A DNA stretch of 64,000 nucleotides from contig JACRCO010000071.1 in assembly GCA_016218975.1 (NCBI GenBank), forward strand, positions 83,288-147,287, read 5' to 3'. The stretch is from Deltaproteobacteria bacterium (GTDB lineage Bacteria; Desulfobacterota; Deferrimicrobia; Deferrimicrobiales; Deferrimicrobiaceae). Below the pieces are notes generated by a model. It worked only from the letters and a program-made list of their open reading frames with translations. It was not told the origin of the DNA and ran no database searches. Below, piece by piece: positions 39,636 to 47,385 of this stretch; position 1 is the first letter of the stretch; every line of letters starts with the position of its first letter. The position numbers were made by a program, and so were the translations under genes.

Positions 39636-41033
39636 ATGAGAAGAACAGCGAATATGCGCAGGATGAAATCCTTCCTGTCGATCGCCATTGCGATTGTATT
39701 GCTGTCCGTGAACGGGCCCGGCGCCGAAGCCGTCGTAGACGGCATCACCGGAACGGCGTTCAACCTGACGGCCAGGGAGGACTTCATCAGCACGGCGGAC
39801 GGGGGCTCCGTCCTGATCTGGGGTTATGACGACGGCTCCGGCAGGGCCCAGTACCCGGGCCCGACATTGATAGTCGACCAGGGTGTCGCGGTGACGATAA
39901 CGTTGACGAACGCGCTGCCGGCATCGGCCGGAAACGCCTCCATCGTTATTCCGGGCCAGCAGGTGTCGTCAAGCGGGGGGACGGCCGGCCGTTTGACCCG
40001 CGAAGCCGTACCCGGCGGAACCGTAATGTACACCTTCACCCCGGCGAGACCCGGGACCTTCCTGTACCACAGCGGCACCCTGACCGAAATCCAGGAGGAG
40101 ATGGGGATGGCCGGAGCGATCATCGTCCGGCCCGCCGGTTTCAACCCCGCCGCGCCTACCGCTTACGGCCATGCGGACTCCGCCTATGACCGGGAGTATC
40201 TTTTCATCCTGAGCGAGATGGATTCCCGGATCCACGACGTGGTCGAGTTCCTGGGCCCCGACGCGCTGGGATGGTTCGATTTCCTTTCAAGTCCTTACCC
40301 CAACTACTATTTCATCAACGGCCGGACCGCGGTCGACACCATGTCTATGAGCAACTCCCCGGGGACCGGGCTGTACCCGACGCAGCCATACGGAGCCATG
40401 GCGGTGATGCACCCCGGGGACAGGGTGCTTCTGCGGGTCGTCGGGATCGGACGGGGCTCCCATCCGTTCCATCTTCACGGGAACCATGCACGGGTGATCG
40501 CGAAGGACGGCCGCATGCTGGAGAGCGCTCCGGGGGCCGGACCGGACCTGAGCACCGAAATCTTTACGATACTGTCCTCTCCCGGCCAGACTACGGATTC
40601 CATCTTCGAATGGACCGGGAAGGGGATGGGATGGGACATCTACGGCGCCGACGCCGGCCACGAGCACCCGTGCAACGGCATGACGGTCGCGCAGGCTCAA
40701 GCGCTGCGCGCAAGCAACCCGAACGATGCCTACTTCGGTTCGCAGGATCCGGCAACGAAGGAATGGTGCGCCGACCACGGCAATGAGATCCCCGTCACGC
40801 TGCCGAACTCCCTGGATCTGACCATGGGGCCGTTCTTCAGCGCGAGCCCGTACCTCGGGAGGACGGAAGATCCCCTGGCGCTTCCGGTCGGCCAGCAGAA
40901 TTTCAACGGATACGGAGCATATATCTTCATGTGGCACAGCCACAATGAAAAAGAGCTTCTCAACTACGGAGTTTTCCCCGGCGGCATGTTGACCATGATG
41001 GCGATCCTGCCCCAATCCGTTCCGCTGGATTAG
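39636..41033 (+). CDS. Two-domain cupredoxin protein B: C-domain carries HxxHxH and HSH motifs but no T1 Cys
   Basis: 465 aa with a Sec signal. The N-domain is MCO-like but ligand-less (IVIPGQ, FLYHSGT...EMGMAGAIIVRP). The C-domain has HPFHLHG (nt 40461-40478) and WHSH (nt 40932-40943). Confidence 0.85.
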   Translation: MRRTANMRRMKSFLSIAIAIVLLSVNGPGAEAVVDGITGTAFNLTAREDFISTADGGSVLIWGYDDGSGRAQYPGPTLIVDQGVAVTITLTNALPASAGNASIVIPGQQVSSSGGTAGRLTREAVPGGTVMYTFTPARPGTFLYHSGTLTEIQEEMGMAGAIIVRPAGFNPAAPTAYGHADSAYDREYLFILSEMDSRIHDVVEFLGPDALGWFDFLSSPYPNYYFINGRTAVDTMSMSNSPGTGLYPTQPYGAMAVMHPGDRVLLRVVGIGRGSHPFHLHGNHARVIAKDGRMLESAPGAGPDLSTEIFTILSSPGQTTDSIFEWTGKGMGWDIYGADAGHEHPCNGMTVAQAQALRASNPNDAYFGSQDPATKEWCADHGNEIPVTLPNSLDLTMGPFFSASPYLGRTEDPLALPVGQQNFNGYGAYIFMWHSHNEKELLNYGVFPGGMLTMMAILPQSVPLD

Positions 41034-41051
41034 TGAAAGGAGGGATGCGCG

Positions 41052-43328
41052 ATGATTTCAGCGAACGTTGAAAAGAGAAGAGGGATATCGATTCTCGCAG
41101 GGATCGCGGTTCTCCTGCTGGCGGCCCCCTCCTTTGCGGTGACGGTCGACCTGGTCGCGAAGAAGTTCACCACGGCCATGCCGGACGGAGCGGTCGTCAA
41201 CATGTGGGGGTTCGCCGCGGATACGGGGCAGGCCTGCGACGAAACGGCCGGCTGGGTTCCAGGGCCGGCGCTGTCCGTAACCCTGCCGGATACCCTGACC
41301 GTAAACCTGCGGAACTGCCTCGACGAGCCTGCCTCGATCGTCATCGCAGGCCAAAAGGCTGTCCTTGCCCCGGTATTTGCGCCGCCTGACGCGCAGGGAA
41401 GACAGAGGGCGACTTCGTTCACCGGCACGGCAGGACCCAGTGGAGGCACCAGCCAGTACACATGGACCGGCCTCAAGCCGGGGACGCATCTATACGAAAG
41501 CGGAACCCAGCCGCAGATCCAGGTCCAGATGGGTCTCTACGGCGCCTTGAATGTCTACCCGGCCGTTGGTCTCGCATATCCGGGCGTGCCATTCGACAAC
41601 GAGGTGGTCCTGCTCTACAGCGAGATCGACAAGGCGCTGCATGAAGCCGTGGCAGGCGGCAAGTACGGAAGCAGTTGTTCCAATCCTCCCTGCACGATGA
41701 CCAGCACCATCGACTATAAGGCCAACTACTTCCTGATCGACGGCCTGCCGTTCCAGGAAGGCCAGGCGGCGCTGAACGCCGGGAGTTCCGGCCAGACTAC
41801 ACTCTTGCGGTTCCTGAACGCCGGCCTCAGGACGCATATACCCACACTCCACAACGGCGGATACATGAAGTTGATCGCCGAAGACGGCAACCTCTACCCG
41901 TATCCGAAAGAGCAGTACTCCGTGCTGCTCCCGGCCGGGAAGACCGTCGACGCCCTCTGGAACCCTCCCGCCGACGGCGCTTTCCCGTTGTTCGACAGCA
42001 CCCGCCAGGCGACGGACGGGATTCCCGGATCCGTCATGCTCGCCTACCTCCAGGCGGGGGCCGCATCATCCAATACCCCTCCCGCGGCGAACAGCCAGAT
42101 CGTCAATACGAATGAAGATACGGCCACTCCCATAACGCTGACCGGCTCCGACGGTGACGGAAACCCCCTCACCTATGCGCTTGTGGCGGGTTCAGGCCCT
42201 GCAAACGGCACGCTGTCCGGCGCGGCGCCGAATCTCTCCTACACGCCGAACGCGAATTACTTCGGGCCGGACAGTTTCCGGTTCACGGTCAACGATGGAC
42301 AAAGCACATCCAACGAAGCGACGGTTTCCATAACCGTGAACTCAGTCAACGATGCGCCGGGCTTCACCGCGGGTCCGAACCAGGCGGTGACCCAGCCCGC
42401 GGGAGCGCAGTCGGTTCCCAACTGGGCCACAGGCATTTCTTCCGGCCCGGCCAACGAATCGGCCCAGACGGTGAGTTTCCTCGTATCCAACAACAATAAC
42501 GCGCTGTTCTCGGCGCAGCCTGCGGTCTCTCCGGCGGGGACGCTTACCTACACGCCCGCCGCCGGCGCAAGCGGATCCGCCACGGTTACTGCGCAGGCGC
42601 AGGACAACGGCGGCACGGCGAACGGCGGAGTGGACACCAGCGCGCCGCAGATCTTTACGATCACCGTGAACCCGGAGCCGGCATCGGACCTGATCTTTGC
42701 CGACGGTTTCGAGTCCGGCAACTTCTCGGCCTGGAACGCGGAGCAGGATCCGGGCGGCCAGAACGACCTTAACGTGACCGCCGCAGCGGCGCTGACCGGC
42801 GGGTTCGGCATGGCGGCCACTATCGACGACAATACCGGCATGTGGGTTATGAGCAACACGCCGGCCAACGAGACGCGCTACAGGGCGCGTTTCCGGTTCG
42901 ATCCCAACAGCGTCCCGATGACCAACGGCAACGCTTTCTTCATCATGACCGCCCGCAGCGGCAATAACAACACGGGAGTCGACGTGGTGCGGATCGAGTT
43001 CGCCAGGTTCGCCGGCATCTATCATGTTCGCGCCGTATCGCGGACCGACGCCGGGGGGTACAAAAACGGCGCATGGCAGACCGTCCCGGATTCCCCCGTC
43101 GTCTTCGAGTTCGACTGGGCGGCGTCAACGGCCGCGGGAGCGAACAACGGCTACCTGACTTTCTGGATCGACGGCGTGCAAAAGACCTCTTCGACGGGCA
43201 TCGACAGCGATACGCTGAGAATCGAGTCCGCGCGGCTCGGACCGCTGTCGGGAATCGACACGGGCACGAGAGGGACCGTGTACTTCGACGATTTCGTGTC
43301 GCGGCGATTGAATTACATAGGTCCGTGA
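41052..43328 (+). CDS. Ligand-less cupredoxin pair fused to cadherin-like/Ig-like repeats and a C-terminal LamG-like jelly-roll (protein C)
   Basis: 758 aa. MCO-like framing (GPALSVTLPDTLTVNLRN...GTHLYESGTQPQIQVQMGLYGALNVYP) without His/Cys ligands. The middle has PPAANSQIVNTNEDTATPITL...FTVNDGQSTSNEATVSITVNSVNDAP repeats. The tail has DGFESGNFSAWN...YFDDF. Confidence 0.8.
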   Translation: MISANVEKRRGISILAGIAVLLLAAPSFAVTVDLVAKKFTTAMPDGAVVNMWGFAADTGQACDETAGWVPGPALSVTLPDTLTVNLRNCLDEPASIVIAGQKAVLAPVFAPPDAQGRQRATSFTGTAGPSGGTSQYTWTGLKPGTHLYESGTQPQIQVQMGLYGALNVYPAVGLAYPGVPFDNEVVLLYSEIDKALHEAVAGGKYGSSCSNPPCTMTSTIDYKANYFLIDGLPFQEGQAALNAGSSGQTTLLRFLNAGLRTHIPTLHNGGYMKLIAEDGNLYPYPKEQYSVLLPAGKTVDALWNPPADGAFPLFDSTRQATDGIPGSVMLAYLQAGAASSNTPPAANSQIVNTNEDTATPITLTGSDGDGNPLTYALVAGSGPANGTLSGAAPNLSYTPNANYFGPDSFRFTVNDGQSTSNEATVSITVNSVNDAPGFTAGPNQAVTQPAGAQSVPNWATGISSGPANESAQTVSFLVSNNNNALFSAQPAVSPAGTLTYTPAAGASGSATVTAQAQDNGGTANGGVDTSAPQIFTITVNPEPASDLIFADGFESGNFSAWNAEQDPGGQNDLNVTAAAALTGGFGMAATIDDNTGMWVMSNTPANETRYRARFRFDPNSVPMTNGNAFFIMTARSGNNNTGVDVVRIEFARFAGIYHVRAVSRTDAGGYKNGAWQTVPDSPVVFEFDWAASTAAGANNGYLTFWIDGVQKTSSTGIDSDTLRIESARLGPLSGIDTGTRGTVYFDDFVSRRLNYIGP

Positions 43329-43336
43329 ACCGTACG

Positions 43337-43753
43337 ATGAAATGCCGGGCATCTTCCATGGTAAACAGGAAGGTGCCCGGCTTCTTCATTCTGCTCTGCC
43401 TTACTGCTATTGCGCCTTCGTTTTGCCCCACAGCCCTGGCCGAGCCGAACAACCCCCCTGTGGCCGTACCCGATTCGGCTACGGTGCGCCGCAACACTTC
43501 GATCGCCATCGATGTGCTCGCCAACGATTACGACCCCGATCCCGGCACGACCCCGGCCGGCAAACTCGACCGGGCAACGGTTACGATCGTTTCAAGGCCG
43601 ATCGCCGGCGGGAGGGTGGCAGTCAGCGAGACGGGCGTGGTTACATACGCCCCGAAGAGGAAATTTCGGGGCATGGACTTCTTCCGCTACACCGTGAAGG
43701 ACGGTGAAGGAGCGGTTTCCGCGCCCGCAAAAGTGACGATAACCGTCAAGTAA
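43337..43753 (+). CDS. Small secreted cadherin-like (Ig-like) domain protein
   Basis: Signal peptide (MVNRKVPGFFILLCLTAIAPSFCPTALA), then PPVAVPDSATVRRNTSIAIDVLANDYDPD...FRYTVKDGEGAVSAPAKVTITV. The start may be ATG 43337 or 43358. Confidence 0.7.
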   Translation: MKCRASSMVNRKVPGFFILLCLTAIAPSFCPTALAEPNNPPVAVPDSATVRRNTSIAIDVLANDYDPDPGTTPAGKLDRATVTIVSRPIAGGRVAVSETGVVTYAPKRKFRGMDFFRYTVKDGEGAVSAPAKVTITVK

Positions 43754-43950
43754 TGCGTGCGGCGGCGAGGCGTATTTACCGGTTCCGTCTAGATCCGATT
43801 GCAGAATTCGCACTTTCCGCATTTTCCAAACTTCTCCCCCCGGGAATTTAAATTTCATAATTGATATTAAGAATTCATTATCGAAATCCTCTCCTGTCCG
43901 GCTGAATATTCACATTCCGCCAAATCAGCAAGTTACGACGCCCGCCCTGT

Positions 43951-43966
43951 TGGCATGGGGCTTGCT
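43951..43966 (+). promoter_or_regulatory. Sigma-54 promoter candidate upstream of the Big2-repeat cytochrome gene
   Basis: TGGCATGGGGCTTGCT is an exact TGGCAY-N5-TTGCW spacing in an AT-rich 456-bp intergenic region, about 245 nt upstream of ATG 44210. Confidence 0.6.
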
Positions 43967-44209
43967 GATAATGGTTACACCTACAGATTCTCAACCACAT
44001 AATTCGTAAATTACGGAACAAGGAAAAACCATACGGTTTTTCTCATTAAACGGATTATGGGAATCCTTGGGTGCTTCAGGCGGCAAGGATCTAGAGCAAA
44101 GCGAAAGGAGGTAACGTCGGTCACCATGGTGTCCGAAAATGGAAGTGGAAGTTCGATCGTACAAGAACAGGAAGTAACGGATTCAAAAAAAGAAAAGGGA
44201 GTATCAGTA

Positions 44210-45496
44210 ATGAAGAAAACTTTGAAAATTGCAGCTATATTGCTTGCGCTCGGCATTGCACAGACACCGGCGGTTCCTGTAGTTAACGCCGAAAACGGCT
44301 CATCCATTCAGCAGAAGATGGAGCAGCAGAGGGAGAAGGAACGCAGGGAAAGGGAAAAGGAGAAGGAACGGGCCCGCAGGGAAAGAGAGAGAGAAAGGGC
44401 GCGTCTTGAAAGAGAAAAGCAGAAGGCGCATCAGGGGTCCGGTAAACCTGGCCCTGGGACCACTCCCGCACCGGGACCTGCACCGACCCCGATCGTGACG
44501 CTTAGCGGAATCACGATCAGCGGTTCTTCCTCGGTGAACGAGGGCGCGACGGCGACATTCACGGCGGCTGCTTCATGGAGCAACGGGACGAAGACCTCCG
44601 TTTCTCCTACATGGAGCGCGAACATGGGGACGATCAGCGCATCGGGATTCTTCTCAGCACCGCAGGTGTCCGCGAACCAGACGGCGACAATCAACGCAAG
44701 CTACAGCTCCGGCGGGGTGACAAAGACGGCCTCCGTGTCGGTCACCGTCGTCAACGGTTCGGTCGTCGTTACGAAAACGCTCAGCGGCATCACGGTCAGC
44801 GGATCTTCCTCGGTGAACGAGGGCGCCACGGCGGCGTACACGGCCACGGCTTCCTGGAGCGACGGGACGAAGACCTCCGTTTCTCCGACCTGGAGCGCGA
44901 ACCTCGGCTCTATCAGCACCTCGGGCGTTTTCTCCGCCCCGCAGGTGACAGCGAACCAAACGGCGACCATCGGCGCCAGCTACAGCGTCGGCGGAGTTAC
45001 CAAGACGGCCTCTGTGTCGGTAACCGTCGTCAATGGTTCGGTTGTCGTTACGAAAACGCTCAGCGGCATTACGATCAGCGGATCTTCCTCGGTGAACGAG
45101 GGCGCCACGGCGGCGTACATGGCCACGGCTTCCTGGAGCGACGGGACGAAGACCTCCGTTTCTCCGGCCTGGAGCGCGAACCTTGGCGCTATCAGCACCT
45201 CGGGCGTCTTCTCCGCACCGCAGGTGACAGCGAACCAGGCGGCCACCATCGGCGCCAGCTACAGCTACGGCGGTGTCACCAGGACTGCCTCCGTGGCGGT
45301 AACCGTAGTCAACTCCGCAACGTCGACCATTGACGGAGGCGCGCTGTACACCCAGTACTGCTCCAGTTGCCATGGCACCTCGAAGCGCGGGAAGTCGGCC
45401 ACGTCCACCCAGAACGCCATCAACAACAACACCGGCGGGATGGGCTTCCTGAGCAATCTCACCAGCGCCCAAATCACCGCCATTTCACTGTACTAA
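44210..45496 (+). CDS. Secreted protein: E/R/K-rich helix, three Big_2-like repeats, C-terminal mono-haem c-type cytochrome domain
   Basis: Signal peptide MKKTLKIAAILLALGIAQTPAVPVVNA. Charged stretch REKERREREKEKERARRERERERARLEREK. Three 93-aa repeats, then CSSCH (nt 45359-45373) with a downstream GGMGF Met ligand candidate. Confidence 0.8.
   Translation: MKKTLKIAAILLALGIAQTPAVPVVNAENGSSIQQKMEQQREKERREREKEKERARRERERERARLEREKQKAHQGSGKPGPGTTPAPGPAPTPIVTLSGITISGSSSVNEGATATFTAAASWSNGTKTSVSPTWSANMGTISASGFFSAPQVSANQTATINASYSSGGVTKTASVSVTVVNGSVVVTKTLSGITVSGSSSVNEGATAAYTATASWSDGTKTSVSPTWSANLGSISTSGVFSAPQVTANQTATIGASYSVGGVTKTASVSVTVVNGSVVVTKTLSGITISGSSSVNEGATAAYMATASWSDGTKTSVSPAWSANLGAISTSGVFSAPQVTANQAATIGASYSYGGVTRTASVAVTVVNSATSTIDGGALYTQYCSSCHGTSKRGKSATSTQNAINNNTGGMGFLSNLTSAQITAISLY
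44498..45334 (+). repeat. Three in-frame tandem repeats of 279 bp (93 aa) inside the cytochrome gene
   Basis: Units start at 44498, 44777 and 45056 (ACGCT(T/C)AGCGG(A/C)ATCACG...). Units 2 and 3 are nearly identical at the DNA level. Confidence 0.85.
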
Positions 45497-45551
45497 TACC
45501 AATTCCGACCAGTGAGCCCTCCCCCCGGGGAGGGCTCCGTTCCACCTTAAA

Positions 45552-45582
45552 CCCCCGCCTTTCCAGGGCGGGGGTTTTTTGT
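45552..45582 (+). terminator. Rho-independent terminator after the cytochrome gene
   Basis: CCCCCGCC (45552-45559), loop TTTCCAG, GGCGGGGG (45567-45574), then TTTTTTGTT. A second GC hairpin, GAGCCCTCCCC..GGGGAGGGCTC, precedes it at about 45514-45538. Confidence 0.7.
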
Positions 45583-45668
45583 TCTTAAATTCCATAAGAC
45601 AAAATGGCGCTTCGCGGCATCGAAGCCGGGGGATTACGGAAATCGAAGGGAGGCTTTGTATCCCAATC

Positions 45669-47138
45669 ATGAAAACAATGACGTTCCGGGCTCTGGCTTT
45701 CGGCATCACCTTTCTTACCGCGGTGAGCATCTACGGCCAGGATGCCCCGCAGGATGCGGCTATAACCATGGACAACGCGATAAGGATGGCGATCCTGAAA
45801 AACCTCGACCTGCAAATCGAATCCCATACCATCTCGATGGCCAGGACGGACGTCGCGCGGAGCCGCGGGGTCTACAACCCCGTCTTCAGCGTTTCGGGCA
45901 CAGGAGGAGTTCTGTCCAGTACTGGAGATCCCTTCTTCGACTCCAGGTACGGGACTGCCGTCGCCAGCCTGTCGCAGAACCTTCCCACGGGAGGAAACAT
46001 CGCCGCATCGACCCAGGCGGGCTATACGTCCATCGGCACCGATATACCCGGGACGATATCGAACGACTGGCAGTCTACGGTGGGGCTCACGCTTACCCAG
46101 CCGCTCCTGAAAAACGCGGGCAAGGATACATTCGAGCTGAATATCACCCTCGCATCCAACACGTACCGGGAAAACCTTGAACGGTTCCGCCTTGCCGCCG
46201 CCGATACGGTCCTCGCGGCTTATTCCTCGTACAACCATTTGTATACGCTTCGCCGAATAGTGGAATCGAAAACGGCGGCCTTGAAATCGGCCCAGGATCT
46301 GCTGGACGAGTTGAGCAAGAGGCCGAAGCCGGGGCCCCTCCACAGGGTGGAAATCGCAAACGCGGAATACGCGGTCGCACAAAGACGCAAGGAACTCGTG
46401 GACGCGGAGCGGAATTCAAGGGACACGGAGGCAGGCTTGCGGTACCTGATCGGCATGGAACCGAACATCCGGATAATCCCCATCGACCCTCCCTCCAGGG
46501 CCGAGCCGCCGGAAACGGAGGACCAGGCGGTGAAGGCGGCGCTCGAGAACCGCCCCGACCTGAAGCAACTACGGCTGACGTTGAAGGCGAGCGAGCTCGA
46601 AGAGCGCGTATCGAGGCGCCAGAAGCTGCCGGAACTGAATCTGACCGGCGGAGGCGGGCTGAACGGGACCGGGGACAGCCTGGGAAACAGCTACGAACGG
46701 ATCGGAGACCACCCGGGAACCTGGTGGTCGGCGGGGCTTCAGTTCGTTTACCCCATCGGCAACGATGCGGCGAAAAACGATTACATAAAGAGCAGGATAA
46801 GGACGATGCAGGTGCGAAACCAGATCGAGGCGCTTGCGCTCAAGATCCGGAATGAAGTGGAGACGGACCTGCGGGCGCTCATTTCGGCGCGATTGCAGAT
46901 GCAGGTTACGGACAAGGCACGGCAAACCGGCGAACTGCGAAGGGAGGAATACAGAAAGAACGTGCGTGCCCGCGCGTCGACGGTCCAGGAACTGATCAAC
47001 GCCGAAAACGATCTCGCGTTGGCCGAGACGGCCCAGTTGGAAGCCGCCGAGGGATTCGCCAACGGGGTCGCTAAAATGTGGCGCGATACGGGCGTGCTGC
47101 TCGATCGGCTGGGAGTGCACGTCGACGTCGCGCGATAA
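45669..47138 (+). CDS. TolC-family outer-membrane channel protein
   Basis: 489 aa. Signal MKTMTFRALAFGITFLTAVSIYG. Two OEP-type repeats (AIRMAILKNLDLQ..., AVKAALENRPDLKQLR...). No adjacent ABC or MFP partner. Confidence 0.8.
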   Translation: MKTMTFRALAFGITFLTAVSIYGQDAPQDAAITMDNAIRMAILKNLDLQIESHTISMARTDVARSRGVYNPVFSVSGTGGVLSSTGDPFFDSRYGTAVASLSQNLPTGGNIAASTQAGYTSIGTDIPGTISNDWQSTVGLTLTQPLLKNAGKDTFELNITLASNTYRENLERFRLAAADTVLAAYSSYNHLYTLRRIVESKTAALKSAQDLLDELSKRPKPGPLHRVEIANAEYAVAQRRKELVDAERNSRDTEAGLRYLIGMEPNIRIIPIDPPSRAEPPETEDQAVKAALENRPDLKQLRLTLKASELEERVSRRQKLPELNLTGGGGLNGTGDSLGNSYERIGDHPGTWWSAGLQFVYPIGNDAAKNDYIKSRIRTMQVRNQIEALALKIRNEVETDLRALISARLQMQVTDKARQTGELRREEYRKNVRARASTVQELINAENDLALAETAQLEAAEGFANGVAKMWRDTGVLLDRLGVHVDVAR

Positions 47139-47169
47139 GGACGAGACGGGTAGCCGGAGTTGGATGCTC

Positions 47170-47337
47170 CAAGCGGGCTCGGCACGCCTCGCGGGGTACC
47201 CCTCGCAGGGGACGCTTTGCCCGGCCCTCCATGGCCAGGCTGCAGCTCGCGAGCTCCTTGCTCCGCCATCCCTGGCTCCCGCTTCGTCGCTCGACGCCCC
47301 CGCGAGGGGCACCCCGTCTCGGCGGCTCGCCCGCTTG
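47170..47337 (-). repeat. Long imperfect palindrome between the convergent tolC and gspD genes (candidate 3'-end structure or bidirectional terminator)
   Basis: CAAGCGGGC (47170-47178) pairs with GCCCGCTTG (47329-47337). 47192-47211 pairs with 47297-47316 at 18/20 positions, and both mismatches become G:U on the minus-strand RNA. The central palindrome GCTCGCGAGC lies at 47245-47254. Confidence 0.4.
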
Positions 47338-47385
47338 CATTGCACCCCTGAAATTATGATTCGGTCTACTTATTCTTAACGCGGA

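Noticed and set aside
44498-45334. Tandem repeats considered as a possible CRISPR array (also 54595-54705 and 49408-49509)
   Set aside because: The units abut directly with no unique spacers. They are in-frame within well-supported genes and encode Ig-like domains, a leader peptide and a Pro/Ala linker. No cas genes are present.
45583-45668. TGGCGC...GGCA sequence upstream of tolC as a sigma-54 promoter
   Set aside because: The spacing and the -12 element do not fit TGGCAC-N5-TTGC.
47078-47379. Several 60-95-aa ORFs on both strands in the tolC-gspD spacer
   Set aside because: They overlap one another inside a GC-rich palindrome. The translations are Arg/Pro/Ala/Gly-rich and there is no RBS. 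The region is better explained as RNA or DNA secondary structure.
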